DNA of 64,000 bases from positions 11,796 to 75,795 of the forward strand of contig NZ_CALFBQ010000057.1 of assembly GCF_937951745.1 (NCBI RefSeq). The letters run 5' to 3'. Position numbers and translations under genes: made by a program. The notes beneath the pieces are model-generated. The model was not told where the DNA came from. It worked only from the letters and a program-made list of their open reading frames with translations, and made no database searches. Of the stretch, positions 1 to 8,577 are shown piece by piece; the stretch's first letter is position 1, and each line of letters starts with the position of its first letter. The stretch is from an uncultured Chloroflexus sp. GTDB lineage: Bacteria > Chloroflexota > Chloroflexia > Chloroflexales > Chloroflexaceae.

Positions 1-1001
1 CACGCGCAGATCGAATCGTGCGTGTATTTAGCGTTAAATTCCGTGAAGAGGATCGGTTTCATCTCGATCAGATTGTGCGTGACGAGCAACGCCAGTGGGT
101 CAATTACATTCGTGGTGTAGCTAAGGGATTGCTGGCCCGCGATCTGCCGTTGCGCGGCGCCGACCTCTTGATCGATAGTGATGTGCCAGCCGGCAGCGGT
201 CTCTCATCGTCGGCGGCGCTGGAGGTGGCAGTAGGGTACACCTTCCAACTGCTCAACGATATTAACCTGCTCGGCGAAGAGCTAGCGCTGTTGGCCCAAG
301 GCGCTGAGCATTCGTTTGTCGGTGTGAAGTGCGGAATTATGGATCAGTTGATCGCTGCGTTGGGCGAAGCTGACCATGCCCTGCTGATCGATTGCCGTGA
401 CCTGAGCTATCGCCCGGTGCCGATCCCGGCTAACGTGCGGGTGGTGGTCTGCGATAGCGGCGTGCGCCACCGGCTGGCAGGCTCGGAGTATAATCAGCGC
501 CGGGCCGGGTGTGAAGAGGCGGTGCGCTTGCTGAAGCCGGCCTTGGGCAAGATCCAAGCTTTACGCGACGTGCGTTTGACCGATCTGGCCGAGTACGGCC
601 ATCTGTTACCGCCTGACCTGCTGCCGCTTGCGCGCCACGTTGTCAGTGAGAATGAGCGCACGCTCGCCGCCGCTGATGCGCTTGCCGCTGGTGATCTCGT
701 TAAGATGGGCCGGTTAATGGTCGAGTCGCACCATAGTCTGCGTGATGATTATCGGGTCAGCGTACCCGAACTCGATACGCTGGTTGAGTTGGCGTTGGCC
801 GCGCCGGGGTGTTTCGGCAGCCGAATGACCGGCGGCGGCTTCGGCGGCAGCACGGTGTCGCTGGTAGCAGCCGATCGGGTTGATGAATTTGTCGCTGCGA
901 TGATCGCCGGATACGCCATTCGTACTGGGCGCACGATGCAGCCGCTGGTCTGCACCGCCGGCGCCGGTGTCTCGTGTGTTTATGCCAGCGAGGAGGAGTG
1001 A
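1..1001 (+). CDS. galK: galactokinase, 5' end outside window
   Basis: Frame is open from the window edge (no stop before the listed start at 18). GHMP-kinase motif [15 protein letters not shown] and C-terminal TGGGFGG. The visible part matches galactokinase from about residue 60 onward. Confidence 0.85.
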   Translation, partial: RADRIVRVFSVKFREEDRFHLDQIVRDEQRQWVNYIRGVAKGLLARDLPLRGADLLIDSDVPAGSGLSSSAALEVAVGYTFQLLNDINLLGEELALLAQGAEHSFVGVKCGIMDQLIAALGEADHALLIDCRDLSYRPVPIPANVRVVVCDSGVRHRLAGSEYNQRRAGCEEAVRLLKPALGKIQALRDVRLTDLAEYGHLLPPDLLPLARHVVSENERTLAAADALAAGDLVKMGRLMVESHHSLRDDYRVSVPELDTLVELALAAPGCFGSRMTGGGFGGSTVSLVAADRVDEFVAAMIAGYAIRTGRTMQPLVCTAGAGVSCVYASEEE

Positions 1002-1004
1002 ACG

Positions 1005-1922
1005 ATGCTCGGACAACTCTTTACTCCGCTTTCGACCGCGGCAGTACCGTTAATCTACGGCCTAAGCCATCGCGCGCTGCTGCGGTTGGGCGCGACGAGC
1101 CACGAACGGCGTTTGGCCGAGATTCGCACCCATTACTATTTCATGCCGGCGCGCGGTGAAGGCAACCTGCCGGTGCTGCTCTTGCATGGCATCGCCGATC
1201 GCGCCCAAACGTGGTCATTCGTGATGCGGCAGCTCACCGCGATCGGCCCGGTCTACGCGCTCGATCTGGCCGGGTTTGGCTTGAGCGGCTTCCCGCCCGG
1301 CCAGCGCTATGCTACCATCGAGCAGCAGACGACGTTGGTGCAGGCAATGATTCGCGAGGTGATTGGGCAACCAACGCTGATTGTGGGCAACTCGATGGGT
1401 GGCTGGATCGCGGTGCGAGTGGCGCTCGCCACACCAGAACTGGTCGCCGGCATCGTCTTGCTGGCGCCGGGAGGGGCCATCTTGCGCGGGCGCGAGTCGT
1501 GGGAGCCATTCCTGCACACGATTGAGTTGCCCGACAGGCGCACCGTGCGGAAGGTGTTGCGCCAGATGTATGGCCGCCCGCCCTTGCCGCTCTATTTGGC
1601 CAGCGAAGGGTTGCGTTCCATGTTCCGCCGTGATCCGGTGCGCCAGTTCGTCGCCGCACTTGACGAAAACGCGCTCTTGCGCCCAGAAGATCTACGCTTG
1701 CTGCGGGTGCCGGTGGCGATGATTTGGGGCGAAGATGACTATTTCATTCCGCGTGAATCACGCGATTTCTTCTGCGCCAATCTGCCGCAAGCGCGAGTTG
1801 CATTCTTGCCCCGCTGCGGCCACATGCCGCAACAACAACGCCCGCGTGAAGTAGCGGCCTTCATTCGCGAATTTGCCCGCGAGCTGGCCGCAGCCTCAAC
1901 CCCAAAACGCACCGACGGGTGA
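1005..1922 (+). CDS. alpha/beta-fold hydrolase
   Basis: 305 aa. LLHGI oxyanion region, nucleophile elbow GNSMGG, C-terminal catalytic His context (PRCGHMP). Starts 4 nt after the galK stop. Confidence 0.8.
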   Translation: MLGQLFTPLSTAAVPLIYGLSHRALLRLGATSHERRLAEIRTHYYFMPARGEGNLPVLLLHGIADRAQTWSFVMRQLTAIGPVYALDLAGFGLSGFPPGQRYATIEQQTTLVQAMIREVIGQPTLIVGNSMGGWIAVRVALATPELVAGIVLLAPGGAILRGRESWEPFLHTIELPDRRTVRKVLRQMYGRPPLPLYLASEGLRSMFRRDPVRQFVAALDENALLRPEDLRLLRVPVAMIWGEDDYFIPRESRDFFCANLPQARVAFLPRCGHMPQQQRPREVAAFIREFARELAAASTPKRTDG

Positions 1923-2092
1923 GAGACGGCGACGCTAAGCCAATCGACTACCTGATCCTGCAACTAAACGCGGTATCATATTCGCTGTATACGCTCTTAC
2001 CGAGCACAATAATCACCGCATCCAAAGCGGTGGTTCTTTGTCTGCAATCTACCGTATGTACCATATAACATCAGCCTAAGGAGCCACCAATC

Positions 2093-2311
2093 ATGATCCT
2101 CTCTGGTATGCGCGAAGCCGTACTGCTCGAAGTGCAGCGGGTCGATATTCATGGCACCATCTTCTACGACGTCACCTTCCACCACGAAGGCGAAACCCAA
2201 GCCATCCGGGCTCGAATTGGGGCCGAGAGCGTCTACCCTCATCCACAGGCAGGCGATCCGGTGAGAGTGAGTTACATTATGGGCGTGGTAACGCAGATCG
2301 CGCCTCGTTAG
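2093..2311 (+). CDS. small hypothetical protein (72 aa)
   Basis: ATG preceded by a strong SD (taaggag, 8 nt upstream). No recognisable motif. Confidence 0.5.
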   Translation: MILSGMREAVLLEVQRVDIHGTIFYDVTFHHEGETQAIRARIGAESVYPHPQAGDPVRVSYIMGVVTQIAPR

Positions 2312-2380
2312 ACAACGAATGGTTATACGAATAAACAAAGGAGTGAGCGAAGGGCGTTCTTAAGGTTTGTTGATGGGAGC

Positions 2381-2580
2381 GCGGTTGTACGACTGCCACG
2401 ATGCGAGGCCGCAGTGGGGATCGCCAAGCCCCTTGGTCGTTTTCCTGCCGGGCATTGGCTTGCTTGGTGCGTGAGCGATTGATTGCGGCGCTACGACTGC
2501 AACAATGCGAGGCCGCAGTGGGGATTGCCAACCAATACCTTGGTCGCCTCCCTGCTGGGCATCTGCTGGCAGAGCGATTG
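2381..2580. repeat. tandem direct duplication (about 101 + 96 bp, roughly 80% identical) spanning the 3' end of the response-regulator gene
   Basis: Copy A 2381-2481 and copy B 2485-2580 share gcgg..tacgactgc..atgcgaggccgcagtgggga..gcc..ccttggtcg..cctgc.gggcat..gagcgattg. Confidence 0.6.
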
Positions 2581-3159
2581 CCATGTCGCTGCAAGCAACG
2601 GCAGATTGTGGGTCTGCCCACGCCCCCACACTGACTCCAACAATTCTTCTGGGGTGAAAGTGCGATATGGGGCTTCAGCCAAGACGCTGAGTAAGGTAAA
2701 CGACGGCAGATCAAGCGCGAGCGGGTGGCCTTGGTACGAAATGGTGCGCGTCGCGAGATCGAAGACAAAGGGGCCAAGCGTAAACGGTGGCGGCGCATAA
2801 CGCTGCCGTCGCCGTAACTGCGCCCGCACCCGCGCCATAAGCTCATCGGCGCGAAACGGGCGGGTCACATAGTCATCGACACCCTGCGCAAACGCCGTCA
2901 CAACCAGCCAGTCGTGCCGTGGTCCTAAAACCACGAGCATACCGGTATAGTGAGTGCGTAACGCATTGAGGAGATCGAGATGGTCTTTTCCCGGCAGGTC
3001 GATCAACGCGAGATCGGTTTGCCGGTTAAGTGTGTCGAATAAGACGGCAGAGCCTCGTGCTAGTTGGACGTAATACCCCGCGGACGTGAGCAGTGGCGAT
3101 AAATATTCATCAATATATTCGCCCAATCCGCTAATTAAAATCCCATACGGAACGCTCAT
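2491..3159 (-). CDS. OmpR-family response regulator, atypical receiver plus divergent winged helix
   Basis: Receiver-like N-terminus with a phospho-acceptor context (LALIDLPG). It lacks the N-terminal acidic pair (GLGEY), and the conserved Lys is Arg (DDYVTRPF). The C-terminus has the trans_reg_C pattern (ELLESVWGRG...). Confidence 0.75.
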   Translation of the reverse strand: MSVPYGILISGLGEYIDEYLSPLLTSAGYYVQLARGSAVLFDTLNRQTDLALIDLPGKDHLDLLNALRTHYTGMLVVLGPRHDWLVVTAFAQGVDDYVTRPFRADELMARVRAQLRRRQRYAPPPFTLGPFVFDLATRTISYQGHPLALDLPSFTLLSVLAEAPYRTFTPEELLESVWGRGQTHNLPLLAATWQSLCQQMPSREATKVLVGNPHCGLALLQS

Positions 3160-3198
3160 TCCCCAACGCCTCGAATTCAGATAAATAAACTTACATTG

Positions 3199-4029
3199 CT
3201 ACGGTATGAGCTTGCATTCCGCCGGCGGTGAGGTAATCACCTCAACAACGACACCATCCATCAGGCCCAAGAACTGACGCAGAGCTAGCTCGGCATTGCG
3301 TGTTCCCTGTTCCATAATCCCATCTTCACACGCCGCTTGCAGAATCTGCTGTTCGGCTGCTTGCCGTGCCATCGTTTCAAGATTTGGGTTTTCAGGGGCA
3401 AAGAGACCACGATCACGGCTATAGACACGCGTTTTGCTGTTGTCAAGGGTCGCGTTCAAGACTTGCACCGGCGGTAAACGCACGGTCATTTTTTTGCCAT
3501 CAGCAGAAACAGTTACCGCATCAGGTGTGATTTGACTGAGATCAACACCTACGATAACAGTGCCGTGGGCAATTAACAGGATTGCATCGCCGGCCAGCCA
3601 GTCGCCAATGATTGGAATATTGCTCCCTTGGCGAATGTCTATCACGCGCTCGATCGTATATTTGCTGGTTTCCAGCCGGCTCAGTTGCTGAATGCGTTGC
3701 ACCACCGCCGCGCCACTTATAATCTGCGGGGTTGGTGTCTGCACAATAACTTGCAAGTTCGGCATTGCCGCACCAAAGGTATTCATGCGTTGCGACAGCC
3801 AGAACATACCTAACCCAACCACTAGTATGAGCAGCAGAAGGAGTATGAATGGCGTTGGCCACCCGCCACTCATCGATCGCGAACGGTAACGAACCGGGGG
3901 GGGTTCGTCCCAGTCATCGTCAAGCCACTCACGCTGCCGGCGCAAACGCGACAACCGTTGCGCCCGACGGCGGATATCTTCATCATCATCGTCGTACATC
4001 GGAAACCTCATGAACGATTGCGAAAACAT
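3199..4029 (-). CDS. membrane-anchored protein, DUF4230-like
   Basis: Acidic/basic N-terminus, one TM (PFILLLLLILVVGLGMFWL), then a LSRLETSKYTIERVID segment that resembles DUF4230 proteins. Assignment is from memory only. Confidence 0.5.
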   Translation of the reverse strand: MFSQSFMRFPMYDDDDEDIRRRAQRLSRLRRQREWLDDDWDEPPPVRYRSRSMSGGWPTPFILLLLLILVVGLGMFWLSQRMNTFGAAMPNLQVIVQTPTPQIISGAAVVQRIQQLSRLETSKYTIERVIDIRQGSNIPIIGDWLAGDAILLIAHGTVIVGVDLSQITPDAVTVSADGKKMTVRLPPVQVLNATLDNSKTRVYSRDRGLFAPENPNLETMARQAAEQQILQAACEDGIMEQGTRNAELALRQFLGLMDGVVVEVITSPPAECKLIP

Positions 4030-4142
4030 CGCACCGTTGCCGACGAGATACGGTACGAACGAGCGGTCGAGACTCTCCCACGGGCAATGCCACTTCCTCG
4101 GTCAAAGTTAGCCGACGACCTTTCTCAGACCTTGCGTCGCTG

Positions 4143-4883
4143 CTACACTTTCGCGCCAACGTGAATAGCAACTGCCCCCAATCCGTACAACCGGTAAAAC
4201 ACGTAACGCCAACCGGCTTCCTGCATCATCGCAGCCAATCGATCGGGCGAAGGAAAGACGCGCGCCGACTGGGGCAGATACGTATAAGCGCGCCGGTCGC
4301 CGCCGAGCAAGGCGCCGATCCACGGCACGACCTGCTCGAAATACACCCGGTGTCCCCAACGGATAAGCGGGTTATGTGGACGGGCGACTTCGAGACATGC
4401 CATCATTGCACCGGGACGGGCGACGCGGTACATTTCGCGCAACGCAGCCGGAATATCAGTTACATTGCGTAGCACGAATCCGGTGGTAATCGCGTCGAAG
4501 GTATTGTCAGGAAACGGTAATTGCAACGCATCGCCGGCGACAAAGGCCGCCCGGCCTGCCGCCGCTAGTTCGGCAATTTTGGACTGGCCAGCCTGCATCA
4601 TTGGGAGGGTAAAATCAACCCCAACGACGATGCCATCTCTTGCCCAAGCGGCTAATTCCGGCAAAAAGTCGCCGGTGCCGGTGCCGACATCCAACGCCCG
4701 GCCATTCACCGGTGGCGCGACATATTCAACTACTTTGCGCCGCCAACCTTGATCCAACCCAAAGGTCATGACTCGATTGACGCGGTCGTAACCACGGGCA
4801 ATGCGGGCAAACATCCGTTCAACATAGGCCGCTTTTTCTTCCGGCGGTGGTAATACGTTGGTTGTTGATCGATCTGAGGCCAT
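4143..4883 (-). CDS. ubiE: demethylmenaquinone/ubiquinone methyltransferase (UbiE/MenG family)
   Basis: VERMFARIARGYDRVNRVMTFGLDQGWRR plus SAM motif I LDVGTGTGD, typical of UbiE/COQ5. Confidence 0.85.
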   Translation of the reverse strand: MASDRSTTNVLPPPEEKAAYVERMFARIARGYDRVNRVMTFGLDQGWRRKVVEYVAPPVNGRALDVGTGTGDFLPELAAWARDGIVVGVDFTLPMMQAGQSKIAELAAAGRAAFVAGDALQLPFPDNTFDAITTGFVLRNVTDIPAALREMYRVARPGAMMACLEVARPHNPLIRWGHRVYFEQVVPWIGALLGGDRRAYTYLPQSARVFPSPDRLAAMMQEAGWRYVFYRLYGLGAVAIHVGAKV

Positions 4884-4975
4884 GGACTCCCTCGATAATC
4901 TATTTTTGGGAGCCGCACAGCCGTGCGGCTCTTCTTGATGAACACTCTTTGGTCGAACTGCCGTGCGGCTTTACC

Positions 4976-5935
4976 CTAGGCGGATGGGCGAAATAACGCG
5001 CGCAACTCGGCAGGTGAACGGGCCACAGCCAACGCAGCCATTAACTTCAACCGCGCTTTCACCCCGCTCAGATCGGGGGCGAAGATGATGCCCAACTTTC
5101 GCAAATCATGATACGCGCCGACAAAGCCAAACTCGTCACCTAACCCACCTGCGCCGGCCCGGCTCGCCGCCACCACCGGAATTCGCCGTTGCACTGCTTC
5201 GCCTAGCGCCGGCAGCCACCACGGCGGCACCCGCCCGCTCCCCAAGGTCTCAATCACAATTCCAGCCACATTATCGGCGATGCTGTGGCGTAATTGCCGG
5301 TCATCAGCTCCCTGTGCGACCCGGATCAAGTCAACCGGCTCGACTAAGCGCGACGCCGCGATATATTGCCGCGCCAGCGGGCGAAAACGAATAACGGCTT
5401 GCTCGCCTTCAATTCGACCTAGGGCGCCGCCGGCAGCGGTAAACATGCCGCTGCCTTGACTGTAATGCGCCCGCACGGTCGCCGCGGCGTAAATGGTATC
5501 ATCCACCACCATCAACGCCCCTAATCCAGCCGCTGCCGGTGTCGCAGCAACGGTGATCGCCGCCTGCAGGCCATTGGTCGCGGTAGTGCCGCTCGCGTTC
5601 AGCCGCGGCAGACTGGTGACGGTCAACGGCGGGCCATCAGGCACAAGCAGATCGATCAAATAGGCTGTCTCTTCAAGCGTATCACTACCGGAAGCAACCA
5701 CGATCCCGTCATACATGTCGCGCAGTGCGTTAATCCGTTGAACCAATGCCAAGATCTGCTGCGGCGTGAGATGACTGCCGGGTAAATTCGTGAATTCTTC
5801 AATGGTCACTATCACATCAGAACGCAGCGCCAACGGCTGGTCGTCACGGCTGCCTAGCGCACGCCGGATGACCAGAGCGCCACCGGTTGAGAGGATCAAA
5901 ATCTTTGGCATAGCGGTTTTCGGGCAACCCAGCAA
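4976..5935 (-). CDS. asparaginase-family protein with substituted catalytic residues
   Basis: ILILSTGGA (canonical TGGT), SGSDTLEETAYL (canonical GTDTMEET), VRAH (canonical TKAH). The start may instead be the ATG at 5911 (MPKILIL). Overlaps the upstream methyltransferase gene. Confidence 0.7.
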   Translation of the reverse strand: MLGCPKTAMPKILILSTGGALVIRRALGSRDDQPLALRSDVIVTIEEFTNLPGSHLTPQQILALVQRINALRDMYDGIVVASGSDTLEETAYLIDLLVPDGPPLTVTSLPRLNASGTTATNGLQAAITVAATPAAAGLGALMVVDDTIYAAATVRAHYSQGSGMFTAAGGALGRIEGEQAVIRFRPLARQYIAASRLVEPVDLIRVAQGADDRQLRHSIADNVAGIVIETLGSGRVPPWWLPALGEAVQRRIPVVAASRAGAGGLGDEFGFVGAYHDLRKLGIIFAPDLSGVKARLKLMAALAVARSPAELRALFRPSA

Positions 5936-6660
5936 ATGCGCTGAGTCATCGCGGTAGGCGGTTGAAAGGTAAAGCCGTCATAACACCCTTCGATCATAAG
6001 CCCGGCAGTTTCGATCATCATTGCCACCTGCTCTGGCGGATAGGCGCGCTCGATATGGATCTCGTCAAAACGCTCGTAGCCGTCGTGATCATTGCCGATA
6101 AAACCGGTTAGCCACATAGTTGACGTATTGCGCACCGGATCAAAATGGGTACGTTCCACCTGCACATAGCCTGCCTGCTCACTGAACGAACATTGGCCCC
6201 AATCGACGGATAAGAAGTGGCGCGTATTCATATCGCCGACAAACAATCCGTCCGGTGCCAAGACCTGCGCTACGCCACGCAAGCACGAAGCCAGATCGTT
6301 GGCGCTGATCAGATAATTGAGACTATCATAGGTACATGTGACCAGATCAAAGGCGTTTGCCGGCAACAACTCGGCCACATAACGCATATCACCCTGCCGC
6401 AACTCAACGGCTGACGCAGTATACGCCAGCTTCCGCGCCGCTTGCGCCAGCATTGCCGGCGAGCGGTCAAGACCTGTTACCATCCAACCGTGTTCGGCCA
6501 TAATTGCGAGCAACGTGCCGGTGCCGCACGCTAGATCCAGCATCCGTCGCCCGGCAACTTGGTGGCGCTGCAAGATCTCTTCGAGATAGAGTGCGGTCAG
6601 TAGCGCAAACCGGATCTGACCGCTACCATCGTACACCGCCGCGTACCGATTGTATATCAT
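5896..6660 (-). CDS. class I SAM-dependent methyltransferase
   Basis: Motif I MLDLACGTGTL and post-I LDRSPAML. 4-nt overlap with the upstream gene. Confidence 0.8.
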   Translation of the reverse strand: MIYNRYAAVYDGSGQIRFALLTALYLEEILQRHQVAGRRMLDLACGTGTLLAIMAEHGWMVTGLDRSPAMLAQAARKLAYTASAVELRQGDMRYVAELLPANAFDLVTCTYDSLNYLISANDLASCLRGVAQVLAPDGLFVGDMNTRHFLSVDWGQCSFSEQAGYVQVERTHFDPVRNTSTMWLTGFIGNDHDGYERFDEIHIERAYPPEQVAMMIETAGLMIEGCYDGFTFQPPTAMTQRICWVARKPLCQRF

Positions 6661-7616
6661 AAAGATATTGTACCACTCCGTCCTAGCGGGAACCAGAGCG
6701 AGACGATGAAGCCGACAATAATATGCTCGACGTTAATCAGCAAGAAGAGCGCCGCTAGCGTCAAGGCTTGTTCTTGCGCATAGCCATACGCAGCTAGCGT
6801 TGCCACCAACACGACATCGCGCACCCCGACGCCGCCGATTGAAATTGGCAACGCTTGTAAGACCGAGATGAGCGCCGAGGAGCCAATCACCACCAATAAC
6901 GGCACTGCATTCAGACCAAGCGCGAGGTAGAGTAGCCACAACCGCAAGAAGGTAAACAAGACCGACGCGATGGTTGCTGCACTCACGGTGGCAATCAGGC
7001 TTGGCGTGAAAGTCAGGCTATGCATTTGCTCGTTCCACTGATCGAGCCGGGAACGCAAACGTGGCGCAATCCGCGGTAACACAACGGTGAGCAGCCACGA
7101 GCGTGGCCCACGTGCCGTAAGCAACACCGTGACCGTCACTAAGCCAATCCCCATCGCTATCACGATTGCTTGTTGCAACTCACGGCTAGGCAGCAGCCGG
7201 CCTAAGGCAAAGACTCCAATCGTGCCAAGGGCAGACATAATGATGAGATCGCACAACCGATCCAGCACCACCGAGAGCAAGGCCGGCGCTACCGGTTGGC
7301 CGCGATCTCGCAAGTAGATAGCCTTCAACAGATCGCCGGCCTGACCCGGCGTCATAGCACCGTAGAAAATGCCGACCGTATACAGGGCACAGGCGGTGGG
7401 CAGATCGAGCGAAAGGTTCATCGCACGCAAAATCTGGATCCAGCGCCACGATTTGAGGATGATGAACGGGGGCAGCAGAGCCAGTGACCAGATGATCGGG
7501 ACGATTTCAGCCGAGCGCACAATCTCCCACAGCAGACCGAGATCGCTAGTAAGAAGAAAACCAATTAGCAATGCCGGCCCGATCAGCCGGAGCAGCCACG
7601 AGAAGATGGGTCGCAT
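6657..7616 (-). CDS. flippase-like / lysylphosphatidylglycerol-synthase TM-region family membrane protein (UPF0104-like)
   Basis: About 8 predicted TM helices. I chose the start at ATG 7616 (MRPIFSWLL) because a gaggag SD lies in the last codons of the GT2 gene. The listed ORF extends to 7685. Confidence 0.6.
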   Translation of the reverse strand: MRPIFSWLLRLIGPALLIGFLLTSDLGLLWEIVRSAEIVPIIWSLALLPPFIILKSWRWIQILRAMNLSLDLPTACALYTVGIFYGAMTPGQAGDLLKAIYLRDRGQPVAPALLSVVLDRLCDLIIMSALGTIGVFALGRLLPSRELQQAIVIAMGIGLVTVTVLLTARGPRSWLLTVVLPRIAPRLRSRLDQWNEQMHSLTFTPSLIATVSAATIASVLFTFLRLWLLYLALGLNAVPLLVVIGSSALISVLQALPISIGGVGVRDVVLVATLAAYGYAQEQALTLAALFLLINVEHIIVGFIVSLWFPLGRSGTISL

Positions 7617-7623
7617 GAACGCA

Positions 7624-8571
7624 CTACTCCTCTTCAGTGATGCGCGGCGGGCGTTGGAAGCGGAGGGCGGCGACCTGCTCGGCATTCAGCCCGAACATAA
7701 AGATGATGATGCTGCCCACAAAGAGACCCACGGCTGAGTTAGGAATATGGAAACGCAGCGGATCGGTGATAAAGAAGCTGATCAAAAATGAGAGCAAGGC
7801 CAGCAATTGCATCGAGATGGCAACCGGAAAGTAGACGCGCAACGGCGCGAATAGCGAGACAATCCGCAAGATGATCAAGCCAAAGCGAATGCCGTTGCGC
7901 AAGAGTTTTTGCCCGCTCTGGCCACCTTGCCGGCGCTGGCTGATCACTGGCACATACCCAACATGGTAGCCAGCCTTCAGCAACGCCAACGTACTGGTTG
8001 TGGGGTATGAGTAGCGATTGGGCAGCAAATTGATGAACTCCATCATCACGTCACGTCGCATCGCTCGGTAGCCGCTGGTTAGATCGCGCACCTCGGTTTC
8101 AACCAGATAGCTACCCAACGCATCGAGCGCCCGGTTGCCCCAGCGCCGGAAGACCGAGTCGCCTTGCGTGTCGCGGGTGCGCGCGCCAACCACCATATCG
8201 TAGCCGGCGGCAATGCCGCCTAACAGATCAGGGATGTAGCGCGGATCCATCTGTCCGTCGGCATCCATGAGCAGCACGACCTCGCCGCGCGCCCGCCGGA
8301 TGCCGGTTTTGACGGCTGCGCCGTTGCCGCGGTTGACCGGATGCCGAATGACGCGCGCTCCGGCGGCTTGCGCGACCGCCGCTGTCTCGTCACGTGAACA
8401 GTCATCGACGACAATAATTTCGGCGGCAGGCAAGACAGTGCGCACCCGCTCGATCACGTCGGCAATACCGTGCGCTTCGTTGTAGGCCGGAATGACCACA
8501 CTTACGGTAAACGGATAGTCGCGAACGGCTTCCGGCATTGCCTGCGACGAAATCTGCATTGGTTGCATCAT
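7624..8571 (-). CDS. family-2 glycosyltransferase (polyprenol-phosphate sugar synthase-like) with C-terminal TM helices
   Basis: VSVVIPAYNE, VVDDCSRDET and LMDADGQ (DxD region), followed by two or three C-terminal TM segments. Confidence 0.85.
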   Translation of the reverse strand: MMQPMQISSQAMPEAVRDYPFTVSVVIPAYNEAHGIADVIERVRTVLPAAEIIVVDDCSRDETAAVAQAAGARVIRHPVNRGNGAAVKTGIRRARGEVVLLMDADGQMDPRYIPDLLGGIAAGYDMVVGARTRDTQGDSVFRRWGNRALDALGSYLVETEVRDLTSGYRAMRRDVMMEFINLLPNRYSYPTTSTLALLKAGYHVGYVPVISQRRQGGQSGQKLLRNGIRFGLIILRIVSLFAPLRVYFPVAISMQLLALLSFLISFFITDPLRFHIPNSAVGLFVGSIIIFMFGLNAEQVAALRFQRPPRITEEE

Positions 8572-8577
8572 ATCCCT

